From Tubulanus polymorphus (lineage: Eukaryota > Animalia > Nemertea), in contig NC_134033.1 in the NCBI RefSeq assembly GCF_964204645.1, positions 7,634,655-7,698,654 of the forward strand: a DNA stretch of 64,000 bases. The letters run 5' to 3'. A program made the translations under genes and the position numbers. Every line of letters begins with the position of its first letter. Within the stretch, counting starts at the first letter, position 1. The notes beneath the pieces were generated by a model. It worked only from the letters and a program-made list of their open reading frames with translations, did no database searches and had not been told where the DNA came from. Positions 58,856 to 64,000 of this stretch are shown here, one piece after another.

Positions 58856-60604
58856 CAAGATGTTAAATTATTGAGATTTAAAGGTGCAATTCCTTGTTCA
58901 TTTTATAAAACACATGATGATTTTTATGTAACAGCATTATCAAAAGAACAATTTTATGATCAATTAAAAAAGGAGGCCGTGAAAGATGAAGTGTTTAATA
59001 GAACATTAAATATTTGGAATCATTTTAAGATAAAAAATCATTGTGAATTAGTAGATTTATATTTAAAATCAGATGTTATGGTATTGGCTGATATATTTGA
59101 GAAGTTAATTTGAATAATTTTAATGTTGATCCCTGTTATCTTATTCAAGTCCTGGTTTAACCTGGCAATGTGGTTTAAAACATACAAATGTAGAATTAGA
59201 TTTATTAAAAGAACCACACATGGTTTTATTATTCGAAAAATCAATTAGAGGTGGAATTAGTGGTGTTATGGGAGATGAATATAAATTATTATATATTGAC
59301 GCCAATAATTTATATGGTTGGGCAATGATGCAACCTCAACCATACAAAATTTTTATATTAACAGAAGTTGAAAATGATGATAAAACTGATTGGGAAAGTG
59401 CAATAATGGGTTTAAAAGATGAAGCACCAATTGGTTATTTCTTTGTAGTTGATTTAGAATATCCTGATAACATTAAGCACTTACGCATGAACTGTTAGGC
59501 CCCACTGAATAATGAAAACAAAAACAGAACGATTATAAGCATGTATGCGACAAATAAGGAAAATACAGTTAATTTCCCTGTTTTCGGCTTAAATTTGAAG
59601 TAGATGAAAACCTGTTTTCTTTGAATTGAAGCCACGGGAACCACTTAACCTCATTTTCAAGCCCGCTTAGAATTGGCGATGTTGGGTTATTATGTCATTG
59701 ATTTGCACAAAAAGCACACCAGTATAATCAAATTCCCATCCTCGATGGCAAGCGTTTCCAAAAACCCAGCAACAGTGAGTTCCGGGAACTCATTTTGACA
59801 TGGAATGTCGGAATCCAAAAGAAAAACTCCAAAAAAAACTATTCTATCTTATGTATTACTATTATTAGGTCCACTGCATATAAACCTAAATTGAAACCTC
59901 ATTAATCAGTGGGTTGTACACTATACATCTTTTTAAACATATTATAACAATCGAAATTTTAGGTTCCAAAACCTGGAACAAAGTTCCGTAATTATGAAAG
60001 TCACAATTATTATAGATAAGTTACTTTATCAAATTCTGATGCTTGATAGACTAGAGTATAAAACATATTTGCAGAGTGTAAGCGCATTTATTTTCCAACC
60101 TCCCAATAAAAACCACGAGAAATAGTATTATACACTACAATGACGTCACTACATGCGCAATGAATCAATAGGCAATACAGACTGTTGTTTATTTTGTTAG
60201 TAGCTGGGTGTGTGCAAAACAAAGCATTCAAGGTCCAAGTTCAAATTCTGTCAAAGAAATGATTTTATTTCTTTAGTTTTGTTTGCTTCTTTATTAACGA
60301 AATTAATTGAATATCCGTTTGGTTGAATGACAGGACTTCATTTCATCTGATCTCCATTCTTGTGTAGGCCTATAGGCAATAACGGGCGTCAGGAAATAAA
60401 CAGTCAATCTTTACTACAATGCTGCATCAGTGCTTTGACTTTTATTATAAATCTCCAGCAATAATTTATCATGTGTATATGGAGATGATGATGCCCGCAC
60501 AAATACCCTTGCCTAAATCCGTATTATCGGGGTACTAAAATGGTCTGATCGCTTTTGTTTTATATGGCGAATTAATCGAATTCAATCGAAAACATACCCC
60601 AAGC

Positions 60605-60640
60605 AATATTGTTTCTGAAGTATACTTCAGAAACAATATT
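60605..60640. repeat. Perfect 36-bp palindrome
   Basis: aatattgtttctgaagta|tacttcagaaacaatatt. Confidence 0.9.
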
Positions 60641-63600
60641 CTTTATTATTCTCAATTATCATTTGGTCACTGTCACCTAGAGTTGATAAACAAGGTTATG
60701 AAATTGTAATTCTGATCGTAGTATTTAATTCGAAGTAAGGATTGCATACTGCAGAGATTGTCAAATAGTGGAAAAATGCAATATTTTAGAAACCCGTGGA
60801 TAATTTTTTTCACAAAGGTGTTGAGGAATATATGTATGTAGAATCATTGAATTAATGTTAAATATAAATTATCCATTTTCACGTGACCTTAATTAGCCAA
60901 TGGTCTTTGCTCTATGGGCTGAGGTTCGAATCTAATCAACAACTCGTACTCCTCGAATCAAAATATCAAGTTATCAATCCTTAAAATGATTCGTGTGCTT
61001 CGCTGGCGTTCATAGTACACTTTGAAGGGATTACCGTCAATCATCTAGTGCTCCGTAGAAATAGTAACATCGATATATGTTTTTCTTAATCAAGATGAGA
61101 ATCATCGATTAACATGTTATGAAATTAAATTTGGAAGTGCTAGATGTTTATGTGGCGGATTATTACCCGTTACCCAGATAGACTCACGCTTATCAATCAA
61201 CAACCGTGTTAACGCGTCATCTTCCTTTATAAATACATATTCAAATAATATCAGATTGCGTAGACCTGCAATGGGCCCGATAACTAAATTATGTGTATTG
61301 ATGTATATCGTATGTTGTATTATTAATCTATAAATACAATGTTTGAATTTGAAGGTCAGTATTTGCCTAAAGGTGTTCATTGCACATTTAAGACATCATC
61401 GTTTTTTGATAGTGTGGTTTTCCTATTTTCTCGCAAGACATGAAACGAAATGTAGATATGTATTCGGATTTTCGTAGGTCCATTTTAAGTGCATAGCAGA
61501 GTACCGAATATTAGATCCCGTTGACTATTGACCTCCTCAGTTGTTTTTGTTATAGCGAGCCCATGGTGCAACTATGGCGATATCCTCTTGTTTTTGTATA
61601 AGGTAAAAGGCTTCAATAGAAATGGCCCAATTCATTTTGGGATGGATTAGAACTAAGTATTCTTGAGAGCTCTTGAGAGCGGCTGAACGATCGTCATCAA
61701 TAGGTGAACATTAGCAACCCTATAGGTTATACAGTGAGACCATCACCTAAACTGTTTCCTATGCGATCTATCTTTCTGTAGGTTCATTGGCATAGATTTA
61801 TCAAATACTGGTTGGACCACATGAAAAAATAATTTCTTTACTAGAATTTAGGGTGTAGGTGTCAGCACTCGGACCCTATTTTTCATAACTAGTCTTCATT
61901 ACTGATACCTTTAATCTGTGTCGCAGTAGACTGGTCGAATTCAATATTATGTTAACCATAGCGTGCCTAGTGTCATGTGTTAATATTAACTTTCTGACTA
62001 TTTATTCGTTGAAAACGAGAGCAGAAAATATGCAGTCAATATGGCTCAGTTATTTCAGAATGTCAATGTAGGCCTATATAATGCCGACACTAAAAGCCCC
62101 AGATCGTTGCTTGCTGGTGCAGGTTGAATGGAATTATTTACTGAACTGGAATTTCTTAACTGGATATTTTATATAAACTGAAATTTCAGTGAATCTGCGA
62201 TAATCCATACATAGAATATTCGTTACCCCGAATTTTGACTTCAAATTCTGAGCCCGTAATTCAGTCCCGGCAGTTGTGGTGGGTTTGTAGGGACACGCCA
62301 AATAAATAAGAGATGAACATAAGCTCTAAATAATGTTGACGGTATTAAAATGATAACAAGATGGCGACAGCGATTCCGATCTCAAAAGCCTATTTCAGGA
62401 CTTTGAAACCCGTGAGGTTTGCTCCTATACTATATGCGTTGCCCGATTATGAGACAGATATCAGAAGATATTGAATGAGGACTTATGAATCAGGCGTTAA
62501 AATCTTTTTTTTCAAATACTATAAGTTGATTCTTCAACTGGAGGTAATTCTATTTCGTCAGTAATAGAATTCCCGAGCAGACATCAAACCAATACGTCGC
62601 TACCAATATGAAACAAAAAATTATTCAAAACAAGAAAATAGAACGCTGTAAGCAGATACCTAAATGAAAATATCATTTAGTTAAGTTAGACTGTTCAAAG
62701 ACTAAAAACTGTTCTGCTGGTACTTAAGTACCTTTATTCATGTTCATGGTCAACGTCAATAGAACAAATAGCTCATTAATATCACTGCATCGTGTCAATG
62801 CGAACTGTTTCACATATTTGATATATTTTCATGATATAGAATATCCATTCTATTTGTTTTGTTGTATGAAACCGGAACGTCCGATCATAAGTCCAACCTA
62901 ATTTGCCTCATTCTCATAACAATGATAATCATATCTAATTTAACTCATTGTGATCGAAACTACACTAAATATATTAATATATTATTTAGATAAAACGAAA
63001 CTTGCTTAAACTAGTGGATTAACATAGTAGATTTTCCATCTGAGTTCTATAAGGGTTTCTATTTTCAAGAAAATGAACAACTGAATCAAACGACCAATTG
63101 TTATCACTACACGAAAATTAAAATATCATTTGGTTTAATCTTATCACACCATTCTCGCATCAGAATTACCACGAGCACCGGCTAAAACTATTAATCTAAA
63201 TGTGATATTTCTTAATGATGACACGACTATTTCGAATCAGTTGCAATGCCGCCTACTACCATGGCCTGATAATTCACATTATTTTGTAAATAACTTTCGC
63301 ATGGTTCACTCTTTCTTCGAGACCATGCATTTGACCGCTATAAAGACTTTCTTTGTAGGCCTATACTAGAGCATTTTATTTATAATTCCGTAACATTACA
63401 ACATAAAGCCACATAGACCGAAAGCGACCAGGCCATTCCGTCTACTCGATAATACCTATTGCACATGGACACGGACTTCAATAATACACACACTATACAT
63501 CACTGCTGGATATTAAGAACACTTAAAAGTCAGTGTATACATTGAACATCCTCAGATTCGTGATTATTTGCTGCATATGTCCTTTCTAGCTATTATATGG

Positions 63601-64000
63601 GCATATACACTAATACAGATTAAAGAGCTGACATTTTATCTTTAATCAGTATTCAATCACCATCACTATCCGCTCGCGTATTGTGAATCACTTAGAAAAT
63701 AACCCCAAAGTGGAAAAAGTATAATACACTGTGTCATAAAAGATCCAGTTGCGAGACGATACTGCGATTCAGCTAAACAACTTTTTCATCAATTCCGTTA
63801 ATAGAAATAAAAGCAAACAATACATTTAGAATATATCAAAAATTTAAATGTTTTTGAACATTTGAATGTTTTGCTTTGCATGCTAGTAACAAAATAGATA
63901 ACTGATTTGTGTTGAACCAGTTCCTTTAGGAATAAGATGAAAAGCTTATTTTTTGGTAGTAGTTCATGTCACCTAAATTCTATTATGGCTTGTTTAACTG

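Larger units (their letters stand above)
51347..59476 (+). mobile_element. Polinton element C (B family), degraded, right part missing
   Basis: Begins AGATCAGAGG exactly where the Gypsy frame is cut. Its pPolB is close to B's. Confidence 0.85.
52142..59476 (+). pseudogene. polB: pPolB of Polinton C, split by two insertions and truncated after motif A
   Basis: Segments 52142-53616, 57263-57879 and 58856-59476 align with B's pPolB. An internal ~170-bp deletion lies near 57850. Confidence 0.9.

Noticed and set aside
57924-58866. Repetitive ORFs (TNRRTD..., YKVARIEGL...)
   Set aside because: They are translations of the foldback element's tandem arrays.
17281-59476. Bacterial prophage or contaminating free viral contig
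   Set aside because: Element A has a clean 6-bp TSD inside a metazoan BEL/Pao ORF, and the cluster is interleaved with Gypsy, Penelope and Helentron-type repeats.
60890-60935. tRNA-like A/B boxes (tagccaatgg...ggttcgaatc)
   Set aside because: No cloverleaf can be formed. At most it is a decayed SINE head.
49738-64000. Right TIR for Polinton B or C (expected ...CCTCTGATCT)
   Set aside because: Not found by eye. The AGATCAGAGG terminus therefore rests only on the shared breakpoint in B and C.
59480-64000. Genes or recognisable elements in the last 4.5 kb (including ORF 61117-61380)
   Set aside because: No motifs or structure that I can support beyond a 36-bp palindrome.

Overview
AT-rich animal (probably marine invertebrate, bilaterian) genomic DNA, mostly nested mobile elements, with no confidently identifiable host CDS. 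Bases 2.4-15.6 kb are nested Helentron-type non-autonomous (HINE/DINE-like) repeats plus a GC-rich satellite. The core is a cluster of three Polinton/Maverick (polintovirus) elements. A (17281-35071) is complete, with 549-bp TIRs, AG...CT ends and a GATCAT target duplication, and it sits inside a BEL/Pao integrase tail. B (35541-~49737) lacks its right end. C (51347-~59476) is degraded, inserted in a Gypsy remnant and itself interrupted by two further elements. A and B both encode pPolB, integrase, packaging ATPase, major and minor capsid proteins and a block of membrane proteins; most genes carry disabling mutations. The main observations are these. (1) Almost every Polinton gene starts at a T-run + ~6 nt + TAAATG motif, matching poxvirus late-promoter architecture, although no RNA polymerase is encoded; this suggests a virophage-like element transcribed by a helper cytoplasmic large DNA virus. 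(2) A LAGLIDADG intein sits in the YFD|TDS (pol-c) site of B's polymerase, and the empty allele is 18 kb away in A. (3) Each TIR of A is itself a 411-bp hairpin. (4) A and B share a near-identical structural module but have different termini and divergent polymerase and integrase. (5) Short GC-rich in-frame inserts recur in unrelated genes. All protein assignments come from motif recognition by eye; no searches were run.
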